From a virus (Duplodnaviria; Caudoviricetes): DNA of 64,000 nt. A program made the position numbers and the translations under genes. Positions 1-13,000 of this stretch are shown here, piece after piece; the stretch's first letter is position 1; the number at the start of each line of letters is the position of its first letter. The stretch lies in the IMG/VR virus record IMGVR_UViG_3300021091_000001, positions 128,001 through 192,000 of that record. One strand, written 5' to 3'. Below the pieces are notes generated by a model. It was not told the DNA's origin, ran no database searches, and saw only the letters and a list, made by a program, of their open reading frames with translations.

Positions 1-203
1 GAATAGTCTTTAGATATTTGAGCCAAAGAAGACTCTAATGTTTCAGCTTGTTTTGCCAGCCTTGCAGAGTCGACAATGAACTGATCGTAGTACAGGTTGA
101 GCATGCTTGAAGGTACTGGCCCCTTATATGGTAACCTTTGCCTTGATATATTAGGCTCAAAAACCGTTTCTCTTTTAGATTTGTCTACATATGTTTTTGC
201 CAT
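1..203 (-). CDS. Virion structural protein, partial (C-terminus runs off the window start)
   Basis: ATG at 203 (MAKTYVDKSKRETVFEPNISRQRLPYKGPVPSSMLNLYYDQF...) is open to base 1. It follows the upstream stop by 8 nt and is missing from the ORF track. Confidence 0.7.
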   Translation of the reverse strand, partial: MAKTYVDKSKRETVFEPNISRQRLPYKGPVPSSMLNLYYDQFIVDSARLAKQAETLESSLAQISKDY

Positions 204-211
204 AAATTTTC

Positions 212-2440
212 CTAGTGTTTAAATTTTAATCTGTAAGAGTTAATAGATGGACTAGCAAAAGCGTTTTGTCCCCTAAAGAGATCTGCCCTTAATCTAAGGG
301 AGGTAATTCCATTATTCAGATTCTCATAATAATAAACTATACTTCCAGAATCTATTTCTTTTTCTCTTCTGTAAACTATTTCTTTATTTCCTTCCCAATT
401 AATTATTGAGAAAACATTGTCCGCATTAGAATATAGATTTCTTAAATCTTCTATTTTAACTTGATATAAATAGTTTTGATAAACTTTAATAGATGGTATA
501 TTTTTAATTGATATACCTTCAAATAGACTCAAAGATCCGTTAAATGAAGAATTAACACCATTGGTATGATTTGTGGAATTATTGATAACGATTGCTAAAC
601 TATTTTGTCCTTTTTTAAAATTCCATGTTACAGAAGATTTTAAAACTCCAGGCTCTACTCTAGAGAGTAATCTTCCGTTCAAATAAATCTCTACATCCCA
701 ATACTGAGATCCGCCTAATCCATTTTCATATATTGTTTTTAAAACATTTTTTGTTATTGAAACATCAGAATCTGAAAATATATTTGTTGACACATGTATA
801 CTACCATATTGGAAATTTGCTCTAAGGAAGTCTTGGCTATCTGGAACGGACATATTACTTTGTGATAGAACAAGATCGTTTCTTTTTCCGGCTAGAACAT
901 CTTGCCAAACAGATTGACTAAGTGAAGTACCACTAACAAAAGAAACTCTTAATTGATTTTGATCAACATTTTCTAATATATAAGTTTCTATTGGGTTGAC
1001 TCCTGCTGGCATTTTGCATAGTCTATACAAAGAAAATCCTATATTGTTATAATCATTTTGATAGAAGTAGCTTTCTATTGGATTTCTCCAAGTTGTTGCT
1101 CTTGGAACTTTGACTAAATCATTATCAGTTGGCAATATGGATTCACCACTTGATTCAATTATTTTTTTTGCTCTTAGAGCTGCTCCATTAAAATTTATTA
1201 CTTTTTCATTTGAAGAAATAGGATAATTACTTGGTGATATTGAATACCAATTTAACAGTTCAACGTTAGGAGAGTTATTATCAACTGCAACATAGTAGTT
1301 AATATTGCATCCGTTTGGGATCTGGTCATTAGTCTCTAGCATTACAGCATCTATCATTAGAGATGTATTTTGATCACTAGGTATACTGATCGGATTGCTT
1401 ATATATCTAGCAGAGAAGTCGTAATACGGAGCAGTAATAACTAAATCATCTATTGTAAAATCATAAACATAGATTTTATTTTGCGAAGAATCAGTATTCA
1501 CATAATCTGGTTCTGCCTTTGTTAAATAAATATCTATAAAACCAACTGGTTTTGGATCAAAATGAAAAGAAAATACGTCATAGTCCAACAATCCACTTTT
1601 AGAAGCTAATATCGAATTAGATCTATCTTGTGCATCGCTTATAACTACTGAGATGTCTACCGCTTTTTTAGACCTAAGTCTTCCCTCTATTACTGATACC
1701 GAATTATTAACAGCTGTTGAAACTGGGACAGTTATTTTTAAAGTACACAAACCTATTGTGTTTGATTTGTATCCAAAACTACCATCAGTTGCTTGATAAG
1801 TCCAAGGATCATTATTCAATCCACTAAATACATTCCCAAAATTGACACCACCTCTTGATTCTTTTACTTCACCATCAAAGACAATTGTTAATTCAACAGT
1901 AACGCTATTGTTTAGAATATTTGCAACATAATTAAATAAATCAGAACTTAATTTTGGAAGGCTTACTTTTCTAATTTCTGTATCAACAAAAGCAGAAGTG
2001 TTATCTAAATCAGTACTGTTAGTATCATTAAATGCATTAGATACACTATAATAAAATCCATCTGTGTTTTTTAAAGCAAATAGGTGATCATCAACTTTTT
2101 TTTCAACCTCTGCTCTTTTATTCTTTAGATTATCTAGTCTAAATTTATAAGAAGAAATTACAGAATATAATTGTTCCACTTCTTCATAAAACGATTCATA
2201 AAGAACATCTGTATTAAATAATAAAGTAGCCATTATTCTATTAAGCTTTTCATAATCTATTGTATCAGAAAAGTTAAGATCGTCATATCTTAGCGTAACA
2301 GGATCTCCTATCCTATTAACATTAAAATACTGACCAAACAATACAGAAATATCATTACTATTTGGCTCTGATCCAAGACAATAATAAATTTTCATTATTG
2401 TTTCTAAAAATCTTTTTTTCTGTATATTTTCTATACTCAT
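212..2440 (-). CDS. Baseplate/virion structural protein (742 aa), paralog of the two neighbouring genes
   Basis: Intact ORF in the baseplate module. N-terminal coiled-coil module and C-terminal 'LRLRADL...SPSINSYRLKF' end resemble the neighbours. Confidence 0.65.
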   Translation of the reverse strand: MSIENIQKKRFLETIMKIYYCLGSEPNSNDISVLFGQYFNVNRIGDPVTLRYDDLNFSDTIDYEKLNRIMATLLFNTDVLYESFYEEVEQLYSVISSYKFRLDNLKNKRAEVEKKVDDHLFALKNTDGFYYSVSNAFNDTNSTDLDNTSAFVDTEIRKVSLPKLSSDLFNYVANILNNSVTVELTIVFDGEVKESRGGVNFGNVFSGLNNDPWTYQATDGSFGYKSNTIGLCTLKITVPVSTAVNNSVSVIEGRLRSKKAVDISVVISDAQDRSNSILASKSGLLDYDVFSFHFDPKPVGFIDIYLTKAEPDYVNTDSSQNKIYVYDFTIDDLVITAPYYDFSARYISNPISIPSDQNTSLMIDAVMLETNDQIPNGCNINYYVAVDNNSPNVELLNWYSISPSNYPISSNEKVINFNGAALRAKKIIESSGESILPTDNDLVKVPRATTWRNPIESYFYQNDYNNIGFSLYRLCKMPAGVNPIETYILENVDQNQLRVSFVSGTSLSQSVWQDVLAGKRNDLVLSQSNMSVPDSQDFLRANFQYGSIHVSTNIFSDSDVSITKNVLKTIYENGLGGSQYWDVEIYLNGRLLSRVEPGVLKSSVTWNFKKGQNSLAIVINNSTNHTNGVNSSFNGSLSLFEGISIKNIPSIKVYQNYLYQVKIEDLRNLYSNADNVFSIINWEGNKEIVYRREKEIDSGSIVYYYENLNNGITSLRLRADLFRGQNAFASPSINSYRLKFKH

Positions 2441-2441
2441 A

Positions 2442-4383
2442 TTATCTAAACCTTACACCGATTTTATATGATCCAAGAATTGGAGTGACATTACTTCCCT
2501 TGGTCTTCTTAAGAACTGCCCTAAACCTAATGCTTTTTATTGGGTTTGGCACTTCGGGATAGCTATAGTAGGCTATCTGTGGCAAAATGTTATTTGAAGA
2601 AAGATTTTGATTAAAAGAAATTATTTCAGGAACTGCTTCGAAATTTCTTTGAAGTGGAGATATTTGAATCCAATTCAATCCATCATCAACACTTATATAG
2701 TAATCAATTGATGTTGAATAATCTTCGGAAGAAGTAATTTCATCTGACACTTCTAAGCTTACAAGATCTACATCCTTATGCACATAAAAAGGTTTAGATA
2801 CTATTTCTGCTGAATCTGTAAACATTTCTTTTCCAACATAGATATCTCTTATTCCAATTGCTGCCCTCTTAGCATTGAGATATTCAAAATTTCTTTTCAG
2901 ATATACTGACTCCACTTTATTCGTAATGATTTTATTTTCTGTAGTTACATAAGAATAAGACAAATCTACTCTTAGCGTATCTGATGTTGAACCCTTTATG
3001 GAATTTGGTGTTTCAAAATTTGGAACTATTAAATTTTGATTCCATTTTATATTTTTTGCTCCATCTGGAAGAACACCAGAAGCTTTTGGATTAAATCTTT
3101 CTTGATCTTTCCATTTTACGTTTAAATTAGAAGACGTATAAGGAGTCCAGTAGGCGTGTTTGATTCTTACATCCTTAAACTCTGGTTGTTCAAAAGTAAT
3201 ATATACTTTGTTTGCTAAAACCTCTGGAAATCTTAGCACTCCTTTATTATAAGAATAGTTCTTATAATTAGAAATTGTTGCACCAGATATGTCTGCACCA
3301 ACATACATGGGCCCTCCATTAATCAATTCATAAATATTACTTTTATCTTTTTCATTAAAAATTTTAATAGATATAATTTTTAGATTTTTTATTGAAGCAT
3401 TTAAATCAATATTATCATATCCAAAAAATGGAATAATTGATATATAATTTATATACTCACCAGAAGACTTTGTTGATGTTAGTTCTACAGTTAGCTTTAA
3501 TGGTTTAGTAGAATCAAATGATGACCAATCTATTTCTGTGTTGTTTGCTAGATATTGAAATTCATAGTCTTGTCTAGCTTTGGAACCGCTGATTTTTCAC
3601 TAAACTTATTGCTTCATATTCCATATATGAAGCTGGACTTTCATCTGTCATTTTTGCAGGATCAGATTTAATTATGGAGGAATCTTTTTGAAAAAGATAT
3701 GGATGATTATCTGCATTAGCTAAACTGTTAGATGGTTTACCCATAGTATAAAGGAAGTTACATCCGGGTAAACCATTTGATACTCCAAAAACGCTGCTGT
3801 TTTGTGTATTAGACTCATTATAGTTTTGATTATGAATTACAATTTTTGATTTCCAGGGCTTAATATCTTTTTTGCGCAGGCATGCTATTCCATCAGTTAC
3901 GTCACATAATCCAACTTGATTAGACTTGTTGACATCAATCATATCCATATTGTTTAATAAGTCGCCAAAGTAAGTTATGTTATTAGATGTACTTCCAGAA
4001 TAAAGTTCCAGTGCTGCTACTTTAGATCTTATTCTATCTATAAAGGATTTTTCTGATTCAATTTCATCATGAATAATATTAAAAGTATTAACATAATTTG
4101 CTGTTAAAGAATCTATTTGATGAGTAACCAAATTAATATCATTAGATATATTTCTGACAAATGTATTAAACCTTTGCGATGAAGGAATATCGCCTTTATT
4201 TATAAAATCTAAACTAGTCATTGGTCCACCAATAGATTTTTTAATTTCAATAACCAAATTTTTATAAGCTTCGTCATAATCCTTTGGAGAAACATTATTG
4301 TTTCTAACATATTGTGCTATGAACTCTTGAACTTTTGAAATAACTTGAGCTGTTGCAAGTGTATTTGTAGATAATTGTGTCAT
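2442..4383 (-). CDS. Baseplate/virion structural protein (~646 aa), joined by +1 shift at CGGT 3585-3588
   Basis: ORF 3574..4383 ends ...AAT CAG CGG TTC CAA AGC TAG. The +1 frame (GGT TCC AAA GCT AGA CAA GAC TAT...) is open into ORF 2442..3326. Length minus 1 is divisible by 3. Confidence 0.75.
3585..3588 (-). other. +1 frameshift site 1 (CAG-CGGT-TCC), codon 266
   Basis: In-frame CGG four codons before TAG. Predicted junction ISLVKNQ-G-SKARQDYEF. Confidence 0.8.
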
Positions 4384-4390
4384 AAAAATC

Positions 4391-7028
4391 CTATATTAGT
4401 TTTTCTTTAAATAGATTATCATATCTAATAAAATTATTCACAATTGAATTTTCTTTTTCAGAAGAAAACTTAAACAATAGTCTATCTAAAGAGTAGTTTT
4501 TTGAAGTTTGATCAAGTGATCTTAATACTACTCTATACCTAAAAATATCTGGAACATATTGATATATTACTCTAAAAGATTGAGTTATATTTTTATTAAA
4601 TAATAATCTATTATCATAATGGATAAAATAGTATCCGTCTCTATTTGGAAAGGATGCAATTTGACTACTGGATAGTACATAATTTGTTAAATTGATAGCG
4701 GTAGTTCCATCAGAAAAAACAACTTTTACTGGAGAATAAGATGAGTAATCAAAATTACCGAAAGAACTATTCGAAGATGTTATTGTTCCCATGTATACAT
4801 TATATGTTGCACCTACAAATTTTGATCTATCTATATAAGCATTCTTAGATAGGGTAACAGATTTATCTGAATTCAATCCAGAAAAATATTCACCATTCTG
4901 TCCATTAGAAGAGAAGGTAGAAAGAACTGGAGAAGCTAAGCTTCTGGAAAATAACGCAACTTCTTTATGGATTGATGAATTGATTGGAGTGTACTTAACT
5001 GTATATACTGCCTTATCAGGAGATATCAATTCTATAAGATTTCCGGCTATAACATAATTTTGTGAATCAAGAATCATTCCATTTTTGTAAACAGATATAC
5101 TGTCTTGCATTGGAGAAAATCTTAACTTAGCCTGGTTAGAATTACTGTCTGGAATCAATAATTCTACTTCAACATTGTTTTGATTCCATGGCAATACTGG
5201 TATCCAATCTAATTCAGATGTTGGATTATCCTTTACAGATACTGAATATTCTACGGCAGTTGCTCTTGGCATGTTAAGTGAGCTAGGTGAAACCATTGTA
5301 TCAATTTCTTCAGCTATCATCTTAACAGATAGTGGCCTTGAATCTAAAGGAAGTTTTTTACTGACATAAAATGACCTTTGATTTGCAGGTCTGTTCGTCG
5401 ACTTTAAAGTAAATAAAGATATATTTTTTATTGAAAACATATATTCATACATATTGACATCTTCCGAATTAGACATTGATTGAATTGCATCTTCTTTACT
5501 AAAAGACGAATAACTTTCATTAGTATAATGAATGTTGTTGGCAATGTTATTTGAATCTCCAAGTGGAAGTATTCCACCAGAGGCGTAGCCCCCGATTGAT
5601 TTTGTTGTTGATCTTAGATTAGAATCAATATATGTTTGATTATTGAATCTTCTTAAATTTGAACCAATAGAAAAAGAAATAATTGCAAAAATCATATTTG
5701 ATATTAGATCTGAATTCTTAAATTTATTTACAGCATCTATATCTGCTGGAAGCTTTTCTCTTCTAATTTCTTTTAATAAATTAATCTCTTTTTTTGATCC
5801 AGATACTGGATAATATTTTGTATAGTCATATGTATAAATTGATTTATTTTTAAGTATATAATTTTTATCTGTATCTTTTATAAAGAAATTAATTACGTAG
5901 TCTTGAAGTACATCGTGATTCTTTTTTCTTTCAGATCTTAATGAATCAACTATATAGCTAATCATTTTTGAATTTATTTCTGATTGAAGAGAATTAATTT
6001 TTGTTCTCTTATAGTTTTTTTGTTTGAAGAACAAAATAAATGATTTCACTGTTATTTCAGGAAAATCAAAGTCAATATTTTTATCAGAGTAAATTGAACT
6101 AGTTAAAATTGTTTGATTAGTATTCTCATTATTTTCAATCTTTTCAATAACAACTTGAGTTAAATAAAGTCCAAATCCAACATTAGGTGATATTCTAATT
6201 CTCGAGGAAAGAACTGGAACTCTTAAAACAATTTTAACTGCTACTTCTGCTCCAGAAAATGGAGCTGTATTTTTATTAAAAGAAGAAAATTTCGCCTGCA
6301 AAAAAATTGAATCATTTATTACGTTAGGAGATTTAACAGTTAAGTTCCAAGAATTATTTGAATTACCTACAATAACATTAGACACTCCTGTATCGCTACT
6401 TATATTATTTTTAGGAAAGTTAGTAAAGTACTCAATCGAGGCAATATTATCCTGAATGATTGGAGATAAAATTGATTCATTTAATGAAGAAAACTTTAAT
6501 GTTCCAGTAAAAGAATCAATATGAGCAGTTTCTGAATTAGAAAAATTCATATTATTTCTATCAGGAATAGAACTTAAAATATTATTATCATATATATAAG
6601 AATTTTGATCATTGTCAAAATTTTCTACAAAGCTTAAATTATATAGATCTTCTTCTCCAGATAAGAATGTATACTTATCAAGATAGGCATTTAGGTAGGC
6701 TAGATCGTTTTCAATTTTCTTTATTTCTCCACCGGAATATATTTTCCATAGAAGATGATATCAAAGATAGTGTAGAAGAAATGTTGTATAGGGTTTTCAT
6801 TCTCAACTCTAGTTCTCTAAAAAGATCTATAATTGGAGTTCTTTGTATCTCAGTGAGAGGAGAAATAAGAGCCGGCACATAATCTGATGCGGAAGTAAAA
6901 GATGAAACTTTACTCAAAAGTCTATTTATCTCTGCTTTTTCAAGTTTTGATTCCTGAAGAACAGAACTTACAGTTTTTCTTGACCTTGAACTAAACGATG
7001 ATACAAAATTACCAAGATTACTAAGCAT
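4391..7028 (-). CDS. Baseplate/virion structural protein (~878 aa), joined by +1 shift at CGGT 6731-6734
   Basis: ORF 6711..7028 ends ATA TTC CGG TGG AGA AAT AAA GAA AAT TGA. The +1 frame GGT GGA GAA ATA AAG AAA ATT GAA... is open into ORF 4391..6550. Confidence 0.75.
6731..6734 (-). other. +1 frameshift site 2 (TTC-CGGT-GGA), codon 99
   Basis: Predicted junction SSMENIF-G-GEIKKIENDLAY. Confidence 0.8.
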
Positions 7029-10000
7029 AATTAATGGATCTCCAATCAGTTCCGTCTACATCTTGAATATCAAAGCTAACTCCTGCAGTAAGATTGTTTC
7101 TTACTATGTCATATACCTGCTGCTTAGAATTAAAGTTTTCCATTACTTTTCTTGGTATTTGAATTACAACATATCCACCATTTGCATGCACATAGCCGTG
7201 ACCAGTATATATATCTGCATAAGATGCCACTTCAGCATTGCTTTCAAAACTTGATTTAACTGCAACATTATGCTTTATTCCGCCACCTCTGACTCGCATA
7301 TCTTGGAACTGCATATTATCAAAGTCATAAGTATTATTAACATTTATAGTTGCTATATGTAGAGCTAAAGGATTATAAACTGTAGACTTATTATTGAATA
7401 TATTTGAATCGTATGTAAATTTAACCGCCCCAGTAGAAACAAAACCTGTTGCCGACTTATTTTCTCCATCAACAATTTCTTCACACTTAATTGGAAGTAT
7501 ATATAAAAATATTGGTTTATTCTGTTCAATAAACAGATAAGGATTAAGCGGAATGATCTCTCCATCTATTTGATGAAGCATAAGATCTGAATTCTTAACT
7601 GTGTAAGTAACTTTAATATTCTTATCAGAAGTTGGAACTATTTCTTTTACAAAAGTTATTCTTCCAGTATTCTTATCGTAGTCTCTTATCTGTTTTCTAG
7701 ATACAGAGATCCAATTACCTTGTTCATTCTTTATAGATATAAAAACCCAAGGAACTATTGGACTAGCATCTGTGTAATTTCCTTTGTCAACTAGCTTCTT
7801 ATCGTATTGCTCCTGTGCGACAATAAAAGAACGATGTCTTAGGGTTATAGTATCGTCAGATACTATAACTGGATTCTCTTCATGAATATCATAATGTCCA
7901 GTTCCAAATATTGATGAATAAGGAACCTGGATTTTAGTAGTGTCATAGTGACAAATTAATTCTTTGCCTTTATATTCTCTCATCCAGTTACCAACTAGGA
8001 AATTATAATCTATTGGTATAGTTATTTTCTTTATGAATCGCCCAACGCCAACATTAACAAACCATGTATCGAATTTGCTTAGATCTTTAGGTGGACTAGA
8101 AACTCTTATTTTTGATCTGTTTTTTACCTTAACAGAATATACTGGGCATATATATCTAGCTGGAGCATTAGACTCAGATATTGCCCCATATCTTTCTTGA
8201 AAACCTACAATATTATTTGTACTACTTGCATCATTATCTGCGTCAAATGCGTTGACTGCAATATACACATCGCCAGTGCCTTCATATTCAAGCCACTCTA
8301 GATATGATATTTTTCTTCCTAATAGTTTTTTTCTTTTATCGATTTGGCTATTGTTTGGTATATACAAGAAACCCCAGTCTAATCCATAAGGGGCTGCACT
8401 TGTTTCATTCCATATAAGATTTAAAAATCCAAAACTAACAACATTATTTGTTCCAGTTGGCTTATAAGAATCAAAATTTGGAAAGCCCACTGCCCTGCCA
8501 ATAGAATCAACAAGAACTGTTAAGCCATCTTTTATATTAACAGTCTGAATAGAATTTTGTCTACTAGATATATTGTCAGCGTCTGCTAAGTAGTAATCTG
8601 ATACAACTGTTTCTGGAGAAGCTTCTATTGATTCATAATCGACACCATTTGTAGTCTTAACGATGTAAGCGTTGGTTTTATAGCTTGTTATAGAAAAGTC
8701 CGAAGAACTTACCGTTGTAGCAGCAGAAGTTCCAGATAGTCTTTGACAAACGCCCTTGGTTATTGTTCCTACGTTGAAGCTAGTTCCAGAACTAAGTGCA
8801 TCTGTTTGTATCGGTAAATCATTATCACCTAAAATATCATCATACGTAAATGATATCCCTTGGTTTAATATATTTGTTCTGTCTGTTGGAGAAACTGAGT
8901 AAGATATATCCTTAGATATTTTAACTCCTTCTCTTTCTTGCACTACTGTAAAGTTTAATTTATTTACATTAATTTGAGATATATTTGCATTCGGTGTTTT
9001 TTGTAGCTCAGCAAAAGTGCTAAAAACTACTGTTGCTTCCTCGTCAGATTTTATATCTGTATAACCAGATATTGTTCCTTCTATTATTCCAGTAAACCTT
9101 GCGTCTTCACCTTTTACAGCTGAAATAGTTGGGCCCTGAGCCGTTAGTTCAAAGTCGATTCCGGATATAGAGAACCCCTCAGCGTTAGGACCATACCTAT
9201 CTGCCTTAAGCTTAACTCCTTTGACTTTTATTCCAAGCCATTTTGCTCCTGGCCTACCATTAACAAATGAGACAATTCTTTCAGAATTTGCTGGTACTCT
9301 TACATCTTGATCTAGAGCTTGAGGACTATAAATTCTTCCGGCAAACTCTGGAGAACCAGAACCATATATTCTCTTGATATTAAAATCTTCGTCATAAAGA
9401 TGAACGTTATCAATAACTAATGGCCATTCTCCTGATTTAATTTTTACTGAATGAATAGTTTGATTAGCTTCTCTTTGTGGAATTCTGACCATTATATAAT
9501 CAACTATTGTAGTTGGACCTTTTATTCCAGTAAAACTAATTCTTCTATATTCTCTTCCTTCTAATATTGAAGATATATCAGAATATTTTACTGCAGCATT
9601 AATAAATCTTTTTGTTCCAGCTGGGGCATCATTCCTTAGTTTTTCAAACCTAGCAAAATTATCTCTATGAAGTTTTAACCAAAAATGTGCAAGAACAGAT
9701 TTTGTTTCAGAGTCTACAATTCCATCAATAAAACTTTGACTCTTTAATTGTTGGAATCTTTTTACTAGATTATATGTTTTTAATCCATATACTCCATCAA
9801 TATTTATTGTTTCTTTTTTGAATATTTGTTGCAGTGTATATTGAATGTATTTTGTATAGTTTGCACCAGAAACAGTACTGTTGGATGTAGCTGGAGTTAA
9901 TGATCTTCCTGGTATCTGAAATGTTTGTTCTTCTGTTCGAACATGAAATAAATTTGGATATGCTAAATTAAATTGAGCATCGACTTCAGAATTACTGAAA

Positions 10001-13000
10001 CTTTGAAGTATCTCAATATCTGAAAAGCCAATATTTTGAAGGGCAAGGCCTAAATTATTTCTTTTTGATTTTATATATGTATTGATAAGCCAATCTTTAA
10101 ATAATGACCTAAAATAATGAATTTTTGAACCATTAATTACTTCTGTGGACCAAAGATAGTGTTCTAATTCCTCTCCTTCCAATAAATCTTCCCAGTTATT
10201 TTGAGTTCTGGCATTTGTGATGGCACTTTGTATATCAGATTTTGCAACTTCTCTTCCTCGAATTCCACCGCGTGTTTTTGTTGTTACAACATAAGGATAT
10301 TTATCGTTTGGTTGATTCACCGATAATGTTTTACCATTAGAATCTTGAAGTATTATTTTTTCGCTATATCCAAGTCTGTATTCATCCCATCTATTTCCTT
10401 CATCTATATCGCCAGTATAGTGGAATGTATTAAAAGAATCATTTACAGAATCCTGATCTACAGCAGCTATATCTGTTCTTGAATATATTATTCCAGGATA
10501 ATTATATCCATTGAAAGGAGAAAAAGACTTTTTTATTTTAGTTTTATTTTCTGCTGCTTTAGTATTAGAATAGAATCCTCTTTCAAGAGATACGCCATTT
10601 CTTTCTTGAACAAATGTAATATTGGAAAATCTGGCCGTAGTTCCAACTTCTGCAGAAAACGGTGCTGACCAATTAATTCTATATGTATTAATTGTTTTTC
10701 TAATTTCATTTATTGAAATTTTTGTCTTAAAAGAAAAAGAGTAGTCTTTTGTATTCTGAGATCCAGGAAGAAAATCCGTTGGAGTTCTTATTGTAGAACC
10801 TGTTCTATCTTCATATTGAGAAGAACCAACAATGATATATGGATATCTTACTGTATTGAAATTAAATTCAGCGGAAAAAACGTTTGATACTGCATCTATT
10901 GATACTTCAGATTTATTTGTAATTTGATTAGACGCGGGGGTATTTAATTTGTAGAAAACATACTTAGCACTGGGTTGATTACTAACAATTTCTGTATTAT
11001 CAAAATCTTTTGAAAAATTTAGAAATTCAACATTTTTATTAGTACACTCTAAATAAAATTCAACATTACTAAAATCAGAATTTATAATGTTTTGAGCATC
11101 GCCGCCATTAGTTGTTGCCTCAAAATCACCCAACATAGTGGAAGATAAAGATGGAGAAATTTGCCTGCAGAATTTTGATGTACTGTTACCTATTTCTGAT
11201 TTAGAAGAAAAATTATATTCCTGTTTTTCTTGATCAGATAATACTGTTACTTTACCATTTGTAACTTTTCCATTTATTGTCCAAGAGCTTCTCCAAGGAG
11301 ATACATTCCAAAGTACATTAGATTTAGAAGATGTATTGTTTGTAGCAAAGCTATTCACTTTATTTTTATTGACACCACAAAGAATATTATAAAATAGTTT
11401 ATTAGGACCAACAACTGCAGCAGTTACTGCAACATTTTGTGATCCAATTTTTCCTACAGGAAATATATTGGATGATCCATTATTAGATGTTTGAGTTCCA
11501 TCTCCTAAAATTTTGTCATTTAGTAGTTGAAGAAATGGATTTACGCAAGTGATTAAACTAGAAGAAAACAATACCTGTGAATTTTTTGTAGTCTTTAATA
11601 TAGCCGTGTTGGAGCCAACAGTAACTAATGCCTTTGATGCAGAATCTGAATTTGGTGTTCCGGTAAAAGTTATTATTGGAAGAAGAGCATTGTTGTCTAA
11701 TATATTTTTTCTTTTACCAAATATACTATGCATTGGGACTTCTCCTTCATGATATTCTGAAAGAGACCACGCATTAAAGCTTGTATCTGCATTTTGATAG
11801 GTATCATTTATACCTATAGAGCCACTAGAGCTCGAGCTAATTGACATATCTATATTTAAATTAGAAAATCCAGCACTTGGATTAGCTGCTATTTCAGAAC
11901 CATCTACAAAAACAGAAATATTTTTATCTTGTATTGCAGCGATTTGCTGTCCTTGATCTGGAGTAATTGGTTTGAGTGGTGTCCATATCAAAAAATCATA
12001 GGAACTATAATCAACATTTGTATCATCTATATTAACTAACCAATAATTTTTTTGAGATTTATCTGTTATTGACGCACGAGGATTTTCAAAAATAAAATTT
12101 TGCAGATTAAATACTGACTCTTGAAGATTGTAGAATACATATGCATTCTTTGCTGCTGATTCTTCGCCTGAATATAGAACTCCAACATTAAGAGTTGCTC
12201 TATCGTCAGCTGCTTCTGAGTATACATTTCTTACCTGAGCAAAGTTATAAGTTATCTTTGCAATAATTCTCCAGTTAAAGTTTTGAAATGTTCTTGGATC
12301 CTGTATTGCTTTTCTTGGAACATATATTTTCCAACCATAGTTATTTTCTTTTCTTTTTAATAATACATTTTCTTTAAAAGAAAATAATTGAGTTGAATAA
12401 ACTTTTCTTTCTATAGAACCTGGATCTATTACCTCAGATTCTTCAACTACATATTGATAATATGGAAGAGTATTTATTTTTTCTTTATAACCAAAGAAAG
12501 GATTATATGGAATATTTTCTGCGTCTTTTTCATATTTATCATAAATGAGATACAGATCTATCGGATCTGCCACTTCTAATAAAACGACTACTCTATAAAA
12601 ATCTAAACCTTGATACTGAGAATTCTGAAGATCTGCGTTTGTTCTTGTATTAACATACTTATCAATAAGTATTCTATACTTGTTCTTTCCTGACTCATCA
12701 ACAAAATTATTTGCCGAAGAATCTACAACTTTAATATTGTATCGTGATGGCTCTCTTAATTCTGGAGTATCACTCATTCCGGAGTAAGCTGCGGCATTGG
12801 ATGGCAACAATACGTAGTGAGTGCTGATATAAAAACTATGAGCAAATAAAGCAGATGAATACTGCTCTGCAGTCAAATTTGTGACGCCCTCAGGTAGAGG
12901 TGATATTATTAAATTACTGACACAAACTTCTGGATTATTCACAATTGGAGACCCTAGGTATTGATTAGCCTGTGGATTGTTAACTGCATACCTGAGCGTT

